NCBI RefSeq assembly: GCF_009914755.1
Contig: NC_060929.1
Source: the human T2T-CHM13v2.0 reference genome, Homo sapiens
Reading direction: 5' to 3' (one strand)
Length of the DNA stretch: 64,000 nt
The notes beneath the pieces were generated by a model. That model worked only from the letters and a program-made list of their open reading frames with translations. It was not told the origin of the DNA and did not search any database. Positions 14,203 to 29,993 of the stretch are shown piece after piece (the stretch's first letter is position 1; every line of letters starts with the position of its first letter). The translations under genes and the position numbers were made by a program.

Positions 14203-14722
14203 TGGTAAGCAGCCTCTAAAATTGCTCCATGTCACTTGTACCCCTGGTAGAGGTAACTCCTTGAGGAATCTTCTACTCTGTTGTCCTAGTTGAATTTATC
14301 TCACTTCACTATCAAATAGACTGTGGCAGAAGTGATGGATATCACTTCCAACATTAGATTGCACAAAGACTGTGGCTTCTGTCTTGGGAATCCTCTCTCT
14401 CTCTTTCATTGTAAGGGAAGCTGACTTCTATGTTGGGCGCTGCCTATTAAGAAGTCCACAAAGCACGGAGCCAGTGTCACCAGTCACAGCCAGCAAGGAA
14501 GGACCTGGGGACTGCCCCCAGCCACATGATTAATCTTAGAAGTGAATCTTCCCTAAGTAAGGCTTTTAAATGATGGCAGCCTTATGAGAGTCCTTGAGCT
14601 AGAGGGCCTTACTAATTCTGATATAGTTCTTGACCCAGAGAAGTTGGCATAATGAATGTTTGTTGTTTTAATCCACTAAGTTTTGGAGGTAATATGTTAA
14701 GCATCAACAGATAACTAATAAA
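14203..14722 (+). mobile_element. MLT1 (MaLR) LTR
   Basis: gcagcctctaaa...ggcagaagtgatgg...ccactaagttttggaggtaat...agataactaata. Confidence 0.75.
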
Positions 14723-16288
14723 AGGAGTGATTCTGAGCAAGAAAGCCTTAAATGGAGGGAAGCTAAGGTCAAATAGTTTATGAATATCATCCTGTAAGAA
14801 TACAGGGCTTGGAGCTTTGAAGGTGGGAGCAGAAAAAAATTTATGTAAGCTTGTCATTAACAATATGACTAAAAAAGTTCATTATACTGAAGGATAAATG
14901 CTTACATGTGCCTCAGAGAATAGATGTTTTTATTCCTGGGAAGAAAGATAAACTTTTTCAAAAAACATAAAGATTAAGTAGGATGCAGTTTCCAGCTTTG
15001 GATTCTGACATTCAGGACATGGGGAGGGTGATGAGCTTCTCCTGGAGGACTGAATTTAGGACACAATCAAGTTCATGATGGAAGCCCTTATGAGGTAGAG
15101 AGGGAGTGCATCTCAGCTCTTTCGATTAATTAAATGATTGCTTGAATTGGAGAAGGTGTGGGTATTTTGTGTTGTTTGGGTGAGTACATTGGAATGGTTT
15201 TCTAGCATTCCTTTGAGATTTTCCACAGTATAAGTTAAGGTAAAAGAACATTTTTACTTGTTTCAGAAAGCATACTGAGGAAGCTTTAACGTTACTATTA
15301 AGTAGGTAGGGAAATGACCAATATTATAAACGCAGATTTCCAGCCTCTCCTTTTAATGCTTTCAGAATGATTCCACAAGAACCTTGAAAATGTTGAGTAT
15401 TTATATTTATTTTATGCCCTTTTATTGTGATTTTTTTAATAAATAACATTTTTTTGGTAAATACTGGAAGTTAATATTCTATAGTTCAGAAAAGCAATTT
15501 TGAACACTCAACTAGTGAGCCCATATAAAACTACATAACAGCACAGAATATAGTAAAATAATAATATAATGAACTGGGAGACAAACTAGGCACTGTGTGC
15601 CAAGTTTTTCAAGGAAGATACAATTTCAATACCAATGAAATAAACTCCCACAAATTGATTTTTCTTTGTGTGCACTCATCAGTGTAAATACAATTAAGTA
15701 ATAAAGCCTGTACTTGTTCAGGAAAGATGTTTTCTATTCATAGTCTGATATCTGGGTGCTTTGGTTTCTGATAATTTGTTATGTAAAAACCCTGCAAATT
15801 AAAAAAAAAAAAAATCAGCAGCTCCAAGTTCATGGGCCCTTATCACAGAGGATTTAAAACCTGTGCATTTTCTTTAAACTGAGAATATTATTACATTTTT
15901 TAATCCAGTGATGAGACCATAATAGTTTTCTGAAATAATTCAGAATAATTATATACCTAAAAGTTAATTTGCATGTGCTGTAATTTAAATAAAAGGACAG
16001 TTAATTTTTGCATTACAAAACATGAAAAATAAAATCAAACGTTGCATCTTTACTTTTATTACATAAATTCCTTTACATTGTAGTGCCCCCTAGCACCACG
16101 CAAGTTTATAAACTGCTTTCAATATTAATTATGTTATTATAATAATAACTAATTTAAGAATGTATTATTAAAGTCAGTAATTTAATAATAATAATTTCAA
16201 TAATATATGTGTCACAAAAATACCTGAAATTACAATTAGTATGTCCGGTTTACTGATGGGAATACTGTGGCTCAAAAACATCATCTCA

Positions 16289-16612
<324 letters not shown>

Positions 16613-17953
16613 CTACAAAGTTATGGTTTAGAATAATTCAACTATTTTACTGAAATCAAAACTTTTACTATTAACCAATCAGTTACACTCAGCTTTGTGT
16701 AACTGAATACCAAATAACATCATGTTCCAGTAATTTTCATTTGAGTGAGAAGGGAGCACACTGGTACCCTGGACACACCCAGATACACTAAATCAGAATC
16801 TCTAAAACTTGGTGACTGTAAAAATAATTTTATTCTGAGTCTGAAACATATGCTCCGTGTTTCTTAGCAAGTTTCTGCAGCACAGGAGTCAGGTGAGGGA
16901 AGGTAGCGCCCCACTCCTGGTTATGGAAGGCAGAGGGTGAGTTCTGCTGCACATATGAAGCTATGGAGAGAGCAAGACTGCATAGGAGCAGGGTACAGTC
17001 TCTGGATATAGAAGACAGATAAACCTGGGTTATAGTTGACCCAGTGGAAAATTATAGGCCAAGAATAAGTTTCCAGATACCTTAATAGGACTGGGCATTT
17101 GATAAATTTTGAAAGTTCTCTGATAACTCGTATGTGCAGTGTAGGCTAAGAACTCATGGAAACAATATAGACATTTTTTGCCTCTCAGGGATATGCAGAC
17201 ACCCCAGTTCAGATATGATGTCTTCATGATCATCAGAAATCCAGATGGCTATTATCTTGTTGCTTTGCACCTCCAAGTACTGCTGCTTCTCATGTTGCCC
17301 CATGGCTGCCCCAGATCTAGCCATCAGAGCTGCCTTTCCAAGAAGGAAGAAAGCACAGAGATAGGACATGCCCCCTGCATGTAAGTCAGCTTCTCAGAAG
17401 TTACACGCGTTACTTCCCCTTACACAACATAGGTCAGAAATTGGTCACATGTGTCATGCCCTATGTTAAGAAAAGATTGGGAATATAGCATTTATTCCTG
17501 GTGATCATGTGTCCGGCTAAGCATTAGAGGACATTTTTACTGATGGCGAAAGGGTCAATGGAGATTGCAGTGAACCAGCCATCTCTGTCCAATAGGCACT
17601 TTATTTGGTGACAATAATTATAGGAAAGGTAGCACTAGACAGTTTTAATTCATTGAAGTTATTTTGGGTTTTTCTTGTTACTTTGTTTGTTTGCTTATTT
17701 GTTTTATCCTTCAGAGAAATGCTAGAAATTTAGTAATTAAATTAAATATTTCATTGAACACAAAAGCATAACATTATGGAAAAGAGTAACTGTTGTTTGG
17801 TTTTATTTATATATGTTAGTGTTTATACTGACTAATCTCACCAATGGAGACAGACAATTTCTAAGATTTATTATAGGCATTGTGTTTGGATCTTTCTTTC
17901 AGAAAAGTAAAAATCAGCTTAACCCAAAAATTATTTTAATAATAATTGGCATA

Positions 17954-18520
17954 TCCAGCTTCATCCATGTCCCTACAGCGGACATGAACTCATACATTTT
18001 TATGTCTGCATAGTATTCCCATGGTGTATATGTGCCACATTTTCTTAATCCAGTCTATCATGGATGGACATTTGGGTTGGTTCCAAGTCTTTGCTATTGT
18101 GAATAGTGCCGCAATAAACATATGTGTGCATGTGTCTTTATAGCAGCATGATTTATAATCCTTTGGGTATATATCCAGTAATGGGATGGCTGGGTCAAAT
18201 GGTATTTCCAGTTCTAGAAGCTGGAAACCATAATTCTGAGCAAACTATCGCAAGGACAGAAAACCAAACACCGCATATCCTCACTCATAGGTGCAAATTG
18301 AACAATGAGAACACCTGGACACAGGGTGGGGAACACGACACACCGGAGCCTGTCGTGGGGTGGGAGGAGGGGGCAGGGATAGCATTAGGAGATATGCCTA
18401 ATGTAAATGACGAGTTAATGGCTGCAGCACACCAACATGGCACATGTATACATATGTAACAAACCTGCACATTGTGCACATGTACCCTAGAACTTAAAGT
18501 ATAATAAAAATAAATAAATA
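17954..18520 (+). mobile_element. 5'-inverted L1PA (PA3-5-like) fragment: inverted part ~17954-18217, sense part ~18218-18520
   Basis: Antisense L1 (ccagcttcatccatgtcc...ttctaga) abuts sense L1 (aagctggaaacc...aaagtataataaaaa); TSD aataataattggcatatccag on both sides. Confidence 0.92.
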
Positions 18521-20388
18521 ATAATTGGCATATCCAGAACCCTTTGCTGTCTTCTGCTACATTTGCACAAATTCACAGCTATTTGAATACCAGTCATTGT
18601 CAATCCTGGTCAGCTTTGAAAATACTGTTCCTTAGTTTTGCTCTCTGCCTAATTTACTTGGATTGAGGGGAAACCCAGGAATCAGTTGATTTGAGTACGT
18701 AGCCAATGTTGTAAAGAACTAATTGCTTTAACTTCTAATAGAAAAATATCACTATTTTTTTTAAAAAGTTACATAATTCATGTGTAGGAACATAATCCTT
18801 TTAGCCTAGAAGTAAAAAATGATATAGTCTTGCCCTATAGCACTGATCATGGCCATATATAATTTATAATAACCAAAATAATGACAATATTTTGGTACAG
18901 CATGCTCTATTAATTTGAATGCTCACGAGTTAACACATAATTCAATGTGATATGTATTAGGTTATAGAAAACCATGAGGTAAAAATCATAGGCTGCATTG
19001 AACTTTCTACTTCCCCAACTTTGCCTCATTATAGGGAGGGATGCAGCCCTAGAGTTCAAGAATTCCATAAAGACCAACCTGAAATTCTGGTGCCTGGCAT
19101 CTTGTCACACCTTCTTCCAATACACAAACATCAAGGAGTGTAGAAGTTGAACATGGTCTGTTGTCACTGCCTCAAAGAATCCACTTCTAGCTTGTTCACA
19201 CTAGGGTGTGAACATTTAAAGAGGGTAGGGAAGAACCACCTGGGTGGATTTTCACTGGGGATCTTATAATAAACTCTCAAAATCCCAGATTGAGACAAGG
19301 GAAGGGATGCTCAGTCGTATGTAATTAGGAAAAAGAGAGGGATTTTGAACCCACCCCTGCATCATCTAAGTCAAATAGAGCCAGTGTAACTGTTGGGACC
19401 GTTGCAGGTAGGGTGTGCTAGGTACCAAGCCGCAGTTAGGTAACCAATGACTTTTACAAGCTTATTTTCATCTCAGTACACCACATGCTTCATGTGCCAC
19501 GTGCATGTATGTAAGTTACACATCTAAGATTATATTATTGGGTTACACTACCATGAATTATCTAAGGAAAACAGAATGATCATCATTGTGTGTGCAAAGA
19601 CGACTTCTGAAATTAATACCAACAAGAGATTTCTTCTTTGCATATTTTCAAGCAGAAAGTGGACTAAATTATATCATTGGAGCATGACGTCTCAAAAAAT
19701 ATTTATTGCCAAATAATTCTTTACTGCTAAAAATTATTTATTGCATGAAATAGAAAAGATCTGAGACTGAAACTTCCATTTAAAAACATGATTTAAAAAA
19801 ATAGAGTAATTACATAACAATTATGAAACTCAGATGCCAGAGTCAGAAATCAAGAAATTAACTATGTCAAGCAATTACAATATGATTACAAAGGCCCTTA
19901 TATATTCATACAAGCTTTTTGCATTTTTTGAGCTAATTTTATGAAAAACATCAAAAGCCAGAAAACTAATGCTTAATGTATATTTTAAGGCCAAGAACAA
20001 TATAGAAAAATTAATTTTCTCCTTAAAGTTTTTTAAGATATTTAAAGTAAACATTTTAAAAATTATTTAATCTGTGACCCAATTTGAATCACTTTGCTCT
20101 TCAGATTCCGATGTCTCCACAAAAATTCCGATGTCTCCTTGAAATTAGCTGATACATTATAAGAAATGAATGACTGTCCTGTCCTATTTGGGATACATAT
20201 AAAAGTTACCCCAAAGGTTTAATTAGACAGTGAAGTACAAAAATACAGATTTGTAAAATATTAAATATATAAACAATATAAATCTCTATTTTGACAAGTG
20301 ACTTGATAAACTAGGTTAAATAATTGTTAATAGAGTTGGGTAAAGGCAGTGATGTTGGTAAACTAGTGATCCAAATGAAAAGAAACTC

Positions 20389-20789
<401 letters not shown>

Positions 20790-21029
20790 TTATTACCATT
20801 TCAAGATACTAACTCCTGTGAATAGGAGGGTGAAGTCTTTAAATTACAGGAAATTGCAATAAAAGCCTGAGGCAAAGATATTTCAAGGGTTTTGGTTAAA
20901 CAAAAGACACATTGGCTGGCATGAACAAGAGGAATCCACTATTGAAACCATCTTAGTCAATGGCAGGAAGACAGTGTTATGAGTCTACTGGTTACAGAAA
21001 ATCTTTGTTTTAAAAACTCAGGTTTATCG

Positions 21030-21900
21030 AATTAAAATTTATATATGCCAAAAGTCATCTTTTTAAGTATGCAGTGTGTTGAAAACATAGATGGTTATAT
21101 AACAAATACCATCCTCAAGATATAGAACAGTAACATCACCTAGAAAAATTCCCTTTTGTGCCTTTTGAATCAGTATTTCTGCTGCCCTCAGTCTTTGGAA
21201 ATCGCTGTTCTTTGTCCCTATGGTTTTATATTTTCTAGAATGTCATACACAAGGGAGCAAACAGCATCCTGAATAGGCCTTTAAATCTGGCTTTTAAAAT
21301 AGCATAATAAATCTGAGACACATTCATGTTGTTATGTTATCAGATTTGTTTCTTTTTCTTCCTAATGTGATATTAAATAGATACAGTATATAACTTTTTG
21401 ACTATTCACCAGTTTTTGAAATTATGAATCATATGGTTAAAGTCACCAACAGATATACATATGTATATTACATATATGTATAATAATGTATGTATATATA
21501 ATATATGTATATATACATATATGTATATAGTATACATATAAATCAGTGGATTCTTCAATTTTTTTATTGTCAAAATGATTTTTCCATTATAATTCCTTTG
21601 CTTCTCTGTTGAAAGTTTTAGAATGAGCTTGTTTGTTAGTTGCAAATATCCTGTTAGGAATTTTAACTGGATTGAATTTTTGTATTGAATTTTTTGTTTG
21701 GTTTGAACAGAATTAATTTATTGTCAATATTGGCTACCAAGCTCTTTACTTATTTACTTCTTCTTTGATTTCTTTTACCAGTGTTTTTTTAGTTTTTGTT
21801 ACCCTTTCTCCATGTTTTTTTAGATTAAGAATTTAATGTTTCTTGTGCTACTTTAAATGTAACTTTAAAAAATTCTAATTTCCAATTGTTCATTAATAGT
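21030..21900 (-). mobile_element. Old L1M fragments with a TA-rich microsatellite (~21453-21540); L1M continues at ~22800-23560
   Basis: Degenerate antisense L1 3'UTR/ORF2 motifs (attgtcaaaatg, tttagaatgagcttg, ttgtcaatattgg). Confidence 0.55.
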
Positions 21901-22109
21901 GTTGTAAAGTAGCGGGTCCCCCACCAGGGAATTTAAGGGCATATGTTGACTGCTTGAGTCCTGAAGGCTAGATGGTGAGCAAAGTTCATGGTGCTCAGCC
22001 GAGGAGCAGATGTCCCTGAAAACCAAAACATCCGGGAGCATATCTAGGTACATACCAAGAAGAACAGTTTCATCACATGTAGTAAGCAAAGAGCCAGAAA
22101 AGTAGCTTT

Positions 22110-22387
<278 letters not shown>

Positions 22388-22390
<3 letters not shown>

Positions 22391-22600
22391 AGAAAAGAAA
22401 AGAAAAGAAGAAAAAAAAGAAAAGAAAAGAAAAGAAAAGAAAAGAAAAGAAAAGAAAAGAAAAGAAAAGAAAAGAAAAGAAAAGAAAAGAAAAGAAAAGA
22501 AAAGAAAAGAAAAGAAAAGAAAAGAAGAAAAGAAAAGGAAAGGAAAGGAAAGGAAAGGAAAGGAAAGGAAAAGAAAAGAAAAGAAAAGAAAAGAAAAAAG
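22388..22600 (+). repeat. Compound pentanucleotide repeat (AAAAG)~22-(AAAGG)7-(AAAAG)5 in the Alu tail
   Basis: About 213 nt of uninterrupted purines, read directly. Confidence 0.98.
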
Positions 22601-22864
22601 TAGCTTAAAAGCAGCTTAGAGGAAGATGGTGGGCAGCAGGCGGATCTCTGGAGTTATCCCGCTGCCCTTTACGTAAGTCCTAATAAACTCATCTTCTCAT
22701 GAAGCTGGACTTGTCTGAGTCCTTCTTTGTTATTTCAGCACTATCTCTTTGGCAGAGGGATGTTCTTCTACACAGGTCTGGGTTTTTCCTGCAACAATTA
22801 TATATAAAAAATAATTCTGTATATTAACATTATAGTGTTATAGTGCATAGTGTGAAATTACAAA

Positions 22865-22968
22865 ACTCACAATTTATTTCTAGTAGCTTCACTTTTAATA
22901 ATTTTAATTATTTTGTACTCACAATTTATTTCTAGCAGCTTCACTGCTAATAATTTTAATTATTTTGT
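22865..22968. repeat. 52-bp tandem duplication (2 copies, 3 mismatches)
   Basis: actcacaatttatttctag(t/c)agcttcact(tt/gc)taataattttaattattttgt x2. Confidence 0.95.
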
Positions 22969-23821
22969 ACATAATGGAATACTGTGCATAGACCATCCAC
23001 GAATCAAATAGAGTTTTATTTCTTCGTATCCAATTTGTATGCCTTTTGTTTATTTTTCTTACTTTAGTACACTGGTTAAAATTTCCAGTATACAGTTAAA
23101 TAGTTCTTGAGGACAGGTTTCCTGTACTTCTTTTCTTCGTGCCTGTGTATAACGTATATTTAACTATATAATACATACAACACAACTATGTTTGTCTTCA
23201 TATAATTTTTTACCTTTTTTTTAGTTTGTTTACGTAGCCCCTATATCTCTAGAAATGTTTCTTGGATTTACGATTTGATTGCCTTCACTTCTTTTGGAAA
23301 ATTCTCATTCATTTTGTTTTTAAGTATTTATCATCCTTGTTCTCTTTCATGAATCCGTTCAAGTTAGGCATCCAGAGCTGTCCTTCAGCTCTTGGATGCC
23401 ATGTTCTGCTATTTATCACTCTTCTTGTTTCTTACTTGTATTTGTTATTCAATTTCTATGTTTTTTATCTTCAACTTTACTGTTCCATTCTTTATTCATA
23501 TCAAGTCTTCTGATGAATTACTTCATTGGTGTTTGCATTTTGAGGTAGATACAACAGTATATCTATTGAGACATTAATTAGTGCAATTAAACCGAAGTTT
23601 AACACATTTTAAGTAAAAATTTATCCCACTATCGCATAAAACTTGTGAAAGTTAAAGTCATCAGCACTTAATATTGTCTGTCATGCGAGGCAATCGGCAC
23701 TCAAGTGGCAAATGCACTCATTTAACTCTAAATTGGTACTTTAGTTAATCTCTCATATTGATTTTTTAACCCTTAAACACTGGCAAAGAGAAGCATACAC
23801 CTAAAGAGAGATTTTTTACAT

Positions 23822-24127
23822 TATTGTTTATTTAGTTAGTTTTTAGAAACAAGGTCTCCTCTCTCTCCCAGGCTGGAGGGCTGTGGTGCAATCACAGCTC
23901 ACTGCAGCCTCAAAATCCTGGGCCCAAGCATACCTCCCACCTCAGCCTCCCAAGTAGCTTGGATTACAAGTGCCTGCCTCAGTACCCGGCTACTTTTAAA
24001 ACATTTTTTGATACACATAGAGTCTCAGTTTGCTGCTCAGGCTGGTCTCAAACTATTGGTCTCAAGCAATCCTCTTGCCTCAAGCTTCTGAAGTGCTGGG
24101 ATTACAGGTTAACCAGGACACCTGGCC
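23822..24127 (-). mobile_element. AluJ
   Basis: cacagctcactgcagcctc...ctcaagcaatcctc; diverged. Confidence 0.9.
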
Positions 24128-25454
24128 GAGAGGTTATTTTTTGTTGTTTTAATTTCTTTATTTAATAGTCTGTGTATTTAAATTTTGTTGACAATAATCT
24201 TAACAGCAACAATAGTATCTACTTGAAAGGTATGCATTCTATATATAATTCCTTAGATATAAATTTAAGTATAAATATTTGAAAACTCTTTAATTTTTTA
24301 ATATTGTGTCCCATTTCTTAAAAAAGAGAGAAGCTATATTAACTTTTGAATTCAGTACACAGTTAACAGTTCTTTCATTTAATATGTGATAATATAAATT
24401 TAACAGTGAAACTTTCAAATACTCATATTAACTTACCCTGATAGATTTTATAGCTTTAATATAAAACTTCTCATAAATGTAAAATTTGACAAAGCACAAT
24501 ATTCTCCAGGAAGTTAGAAAAGTAATATAATTTTCTGTCTCTCAGAATGTGTTTTCTAACCTCTAAATATAAATTGATGGACTAATCTTTTAAAATTCAG
24601 AATCAAATATAATTGCTTTGGTTTGATCATTGAGAATTCTTTTTCCATTCCATCATTTTATAGTTTTTGCCTAAATAAAATACTTAAGGAAGTTATTGTT
24701 ATGTTGTATTTGAAAGATGCCTGATGGAGAAACATTCATAGTTCTTTTCTATCCTTATGAAAGGTTATATGAAAACATATATATATGTATATATATAAAC
24801 ATGTGGATAAAGTACAGAAAATCCTATCATTGCCTCTGACTCAAATGGTAATCTTTAATATAAAGATTTGAAACTTTCATGGAACAGTATATCAGAACTT
24901 TATTTCCAATTTGTTTATGTATACTTAACGTATATCCTAAGTATCAAGAAATCACATTCAATTAACATATACATTATAAAACAATTCCTATATGATAATT
25001 CTAATAAGTAAACATGATTTTAGTGGTAGTAATTATTCAATCAAATATTCATATTTTAAAGATTAAATCTTCATATTTTAAAGCACATTACATCAGTTTA
25101 CAATTCGATATTGACTACTGGATAGAATTTATCAATGAAATTTTGAATATGGCATGGTTAATGCAGATCATGTGAATTAAATTGCAAGGCAGAGAGCTTT
25201 TAAATTAAAAAAATAAGCTGGTTTATAAATCCAGTGCTAGACAGTTAATAAAAGCAATACATATAAATCTCCCAGACACCTCCCAATCTTGGTATTTTGA
25301 AATATTTTCCTCTTTTTAATATTATTTAAATAAAAAAATTATCTGCCTTTAAGCAACAAAACATGAACTCTTGGTAGAAAATTCACTAATTGACATAGGT
25401 ATCTAGACTTATAAACCTGTAAAAAATGTGAAATAGAAGGCATAAAGTATTTGA

Positions 25455-25789
<335 letters not shown>

Positions 25790-28700
25790 TTAACTAAATC
25801 TTTTGATTAAATCAGCTTTATAAAAAAAGTAAACGTAAACACATAAGTCTTTGTATAAGCACCCCTACATTTTTAAAAGTATATTTGCCTTTTCATAAAC
25901 TCAGTTGAGTAGTGGTAACATTCATCATCACAACTTTTTAGAGGCAATGAAATTGATGTCATTTGAGGTCTTCATCTCATATTTATCTTTTATTTTCTTA
26001 TTTTGTCATGTTTAGCAAAGGATAGTAAAAGTAGAGGATCATTCAACCCAGAAATACAGGGAAACTGATCCTTGTAAATAGCACCCTTTATAGACTAATG
26101 GATATTTTAAGAGCAAGATGTGCTAGAAAGGAAAATAAGGCAATCTCTTAATGCTGTGCCTTTTCTTCCATTACATTTTTAGATTATATATTATCCCTTG
26201 TTTATTGCTGTAGCTGGGGAAAATATTTTTATTGAAATAGATTGTTTTTTGAAGTTTGCTATATTAGGTAAAAATAAATACCAAACTTCTCTGTCTTCAG
26301 TTTAATAGAAAAAAAAAATCCCTTGTTACTCTGTTTCTGCCTTACTGTTAGTAGAAAGATTTATGATTAAGTAATTTTAGTAGGACAACATTAAGAACAA
26401 AAACATGAACCAAAATACTTTTTAAAATAAATATACACATTTTTACTATATATAGACACATATATAAAAGTATATATACATATATGTATATATGTGACTT
26501 CAATAACAGGAAAATAGATTTTCCAGATGAAGAATCTAAACATCTCATCCATAACAAAAGGTTAGGCTCTATACCAATGCTTGAATGAAAACTGTAATAT
26601 CATCCATTTAAAAAAATGCCAACACATGCATAATTTTAGGCTGTAAAAATGAAAATATTTCAGAATTGATTAACAAATGGTGGAAGTTAAAGTTGTCTCT
26701 TCCCGACCTGCACTTTGTTTTCTGTCTCTTGCCTTTTCTCACATTTTATTTTTCCTTCCTATCTCAACAATATACCCCACCTGCAGTGTGCCCAATGTGG
26801 ACACATACCTGCTTTTTTCAGGCACTGTTTTGGACAACATTTCCCTACTGAGCATTAAATCACTTTTTCTTAAATACGTACTAAAGATTTCCATGGCTGA
26901 AAAGCTAGTTCCACATACATTAATAATCCTTGAAGAATTAAATCAGATACAACCTCTACATCAGCACAATATTTCAAGGTGGTAAGGGAGTGCTACTGCT
27001 GCGTTTGTCTTCACTTAATAACTTTATTAATGATGTGGATGAGTGAACAAATATGAAAAGAAAATTTATAGGTATTACATACGTAGATTCTGCAGAAACA
27101 AATAGGCTGGAAGGTAATGACTGTAGAATGACCTAGAGAGGTTAAAAAAAGAAAATAGTAGTCCAATATTATTCCACTTTTAAGTAAATGAGACCATTAA
27201 GCTCTTTAAAATAACCAGTAAATAAAAACTCAAAGCAATGATAGCTACATCAAAAAGTGAGGGAAGAGGGGAAATTATATGTTGCAATGTTACAGAGTAC
27301 ATTAAAGCATTCAGTATATTTCCTGAAAATTTCATAAGCACAGTTCTTAATGTTTATTCATAAATAAACAAAACCAAACCAAAAGCCATAGTTCAATTGT
27401 TTCTAACTAAGAGTACAAATTACTTATGCGGAAAAGTACATATAAGCTCACATAAATAACACGAATAATGTTTTCATTGTGAAGATATTCATAACGTTCA
27501 AATGACAAGGTCTTAGGAACTCTGCACCTTCATTAATTTTAATCAATATTTAACAATCAAGATTGTTTTCAATAAATCATGATCTAATAATGAAAGGGGG
27601 AAACTATTTGTTTTAACTTTCATTTCAGTTTTACCCTTTACTCACAAGTTGAAATTCATTCTCACTCTTTGCAAACTATTTTGAAACATTTCCAGGTAAA
27701 ATTCATATAAATATTTTATTTTTCCTAATTTTTGGAAAAATTTTAGACTATTACAATCTGAGTTAATAGCCTAGTTCCTTTGTTGATCCAGTGTAAATAA
27801 ATATTTCTCTTTTCTTGCTGTATTAAAAAACCCACAGTCTGTATAGCCAAGTCTATATCTATATCGATATCTATCTGTATCTGTATCTATCTATGTGTAT
27901 CTCTATCGATGTATGCATACACAAATAATATCTGTGGAAGAATTTTTTTTCATGTAGTGTAATATCCACAGCTCTTCTACTTTAACCATAACTCAAGTCA
28001 ATAACATTTTATTGTCTTTTGTTAGTTTTACCTGGAAAAGAAAGCACATCATATACAATATTATAAAATAGAAATAAAACTAAATATAGTGTTTTAGAAG
28101 GTAACAAAGTTTTATGTTTAAGGATATTAAATAAAATCTATTTCTTCCAGTATATTTTTTCACAATCTGTCTTAAATGGAATCTTCAGATATCTTAACAA
28201 GTTGACTACTAGATTTTGTAGTGTATTCCAATCAGATATCTATCTGAGGCCACTCTTTTTTTAATAATCTAGGCTTCTGTAGACAATGTGGAAACATTTT
28301 TAAAATGATGACGCCCTCCTTTTCCTTCGTAGCTAAATTAGTACACAAAATTCTAAATATTTCCTTAGTTTTAATAATAATAAAGCAATATAAGATTCAC
28401 CCTCTGTATTCAATTCTTTGTTACCAATTCTGCTATAATGAGAATTTTTGAAATTCTTAGTTATAACCTTTATTTTTGATAATTGCATTTAAAATGCAAT
28501 GATAAAGCAAATAATTAAAATGCTAGGAATAAAATTGTCCTTTATTAGTTTATCATAAAGTTCCATAAATTTCAGCTCTCCTTGATTTCTCACTATTCTA
28601 GTTCATCAATTTTGTAATTAATCATTAAACATTATTCTTTCTCTATATTAAAAATATTAGCAATTAAAAAATCCCTATTTAATATTATATTCATTGTTTT

Positions 28701-29409
28701 AGTTTGATGCTTTTTTTTTTTAGTGATATGTACAGAAGACAAAAAAATGATGTGCAGCCTTTGTGTTCCATTTATTGTTGCGTAAAATAAAATTTCATCA
28801 ATCTTGGATAAAAATTCTTAGGCCTATGATTATATTTGAAGGAAACACTAACTTCTGACATGATTATTTAGAACACACATTTTCTTAACTTGTCTTCCAT
28901 TTTAATGGAGCTATAAATAGCTTTGGCAAATTTTTCTGCTTTGCTGTTAATTTAACTCAGTAGATTTATTGAAATTTTAAGACACCACGTTACGCAAGAT
29001 TTAGGGTATGTGACTACTCTTTCCTCCTGTGTGGAGGTCGACATTGCCACAGTCTAATATCATAGTTCCCCTAAGTGGTCCCCTCCCAGAAGTGAGTTGC
29101 AAGTTCCTGCTGACTTTCAGAATTATTTCTCCATGTTTATGTCATTTTGATGCAAGAGAGGTCAATACACAGGTATGTCATCAAAATAATATTTAGACTA
29201 TGTCATTCCCACAAAAAACAACTTATATGCCATGTTTTACTCACTACCAAAGTCTCGTTGAATACTACTTGTTTCATTCCTCTAGCCAGGAGACAACCTG
29301 GCAGGTATACTGCCTGAGCACCAAGAAGTTATCATATAATTTGCGTTTCACTGACCTCTCTTACCTTGTCAAATTACCCACAATAATTTTGGTAAAGTTG
29401 CATCTAACT

Positions 29410-29520
29410 TGGTATGGACTAAAAATACTTGCGTCGCCCCCAAAATTTGTATGTTAAAACCCTAATTCCACTGAGATGATATTTGGAAACAGGGCCTTTG
29501 GGAAATAATTAGGTCATGAG

Positions 29521-29559
<39 letters not shown>

Positions 29560-29744
29560 GTCTGGTCTCTCTCTCTGTCTCTTTATGAGGACATGACAAG
29601 GAATGGAGGTTTTACCTGTAACCATTGACTGGCACCTTTATCTTGGACTCTCAGCCTCCAGAACTCCGAGAAGTAAATTTCTATTGTTTAAACCAGTCAG
29701 TGTATGTTGTTTTTGTTGTTGTTATAGCAGCTTGAATTAAGACA
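29410..29744 (+). mobile_element. MLT1A-like LTR with internal (TC)n at 29521-29582
   Basis: tggtatggact...cccccaaaatttgtatgttaaa...cagcctccagaact...aagaca. Confidence 0.8.
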
Positions 29745-29993
29745 CAATTTTCCTAAAACTTAAAAATGTCAGATTGGTGGATAAAATTGTATTTCATTGT
29801 GCTTTTTTCTTCAAGCCTTATACCTCTGACTCCAAACTCATAGTAACCAGTGTAAGACATGGTAGAATCTTTCCACTAGTGCTTGGGACACTATTTATAG
29901 TATCTACCCAATCTAATTTTAATGAAAAAGTTGAAGGTTGGTATAAAAAAATGTTTATCATCTAGGAGTTCCAGGCTCAATTCAACATACTTG

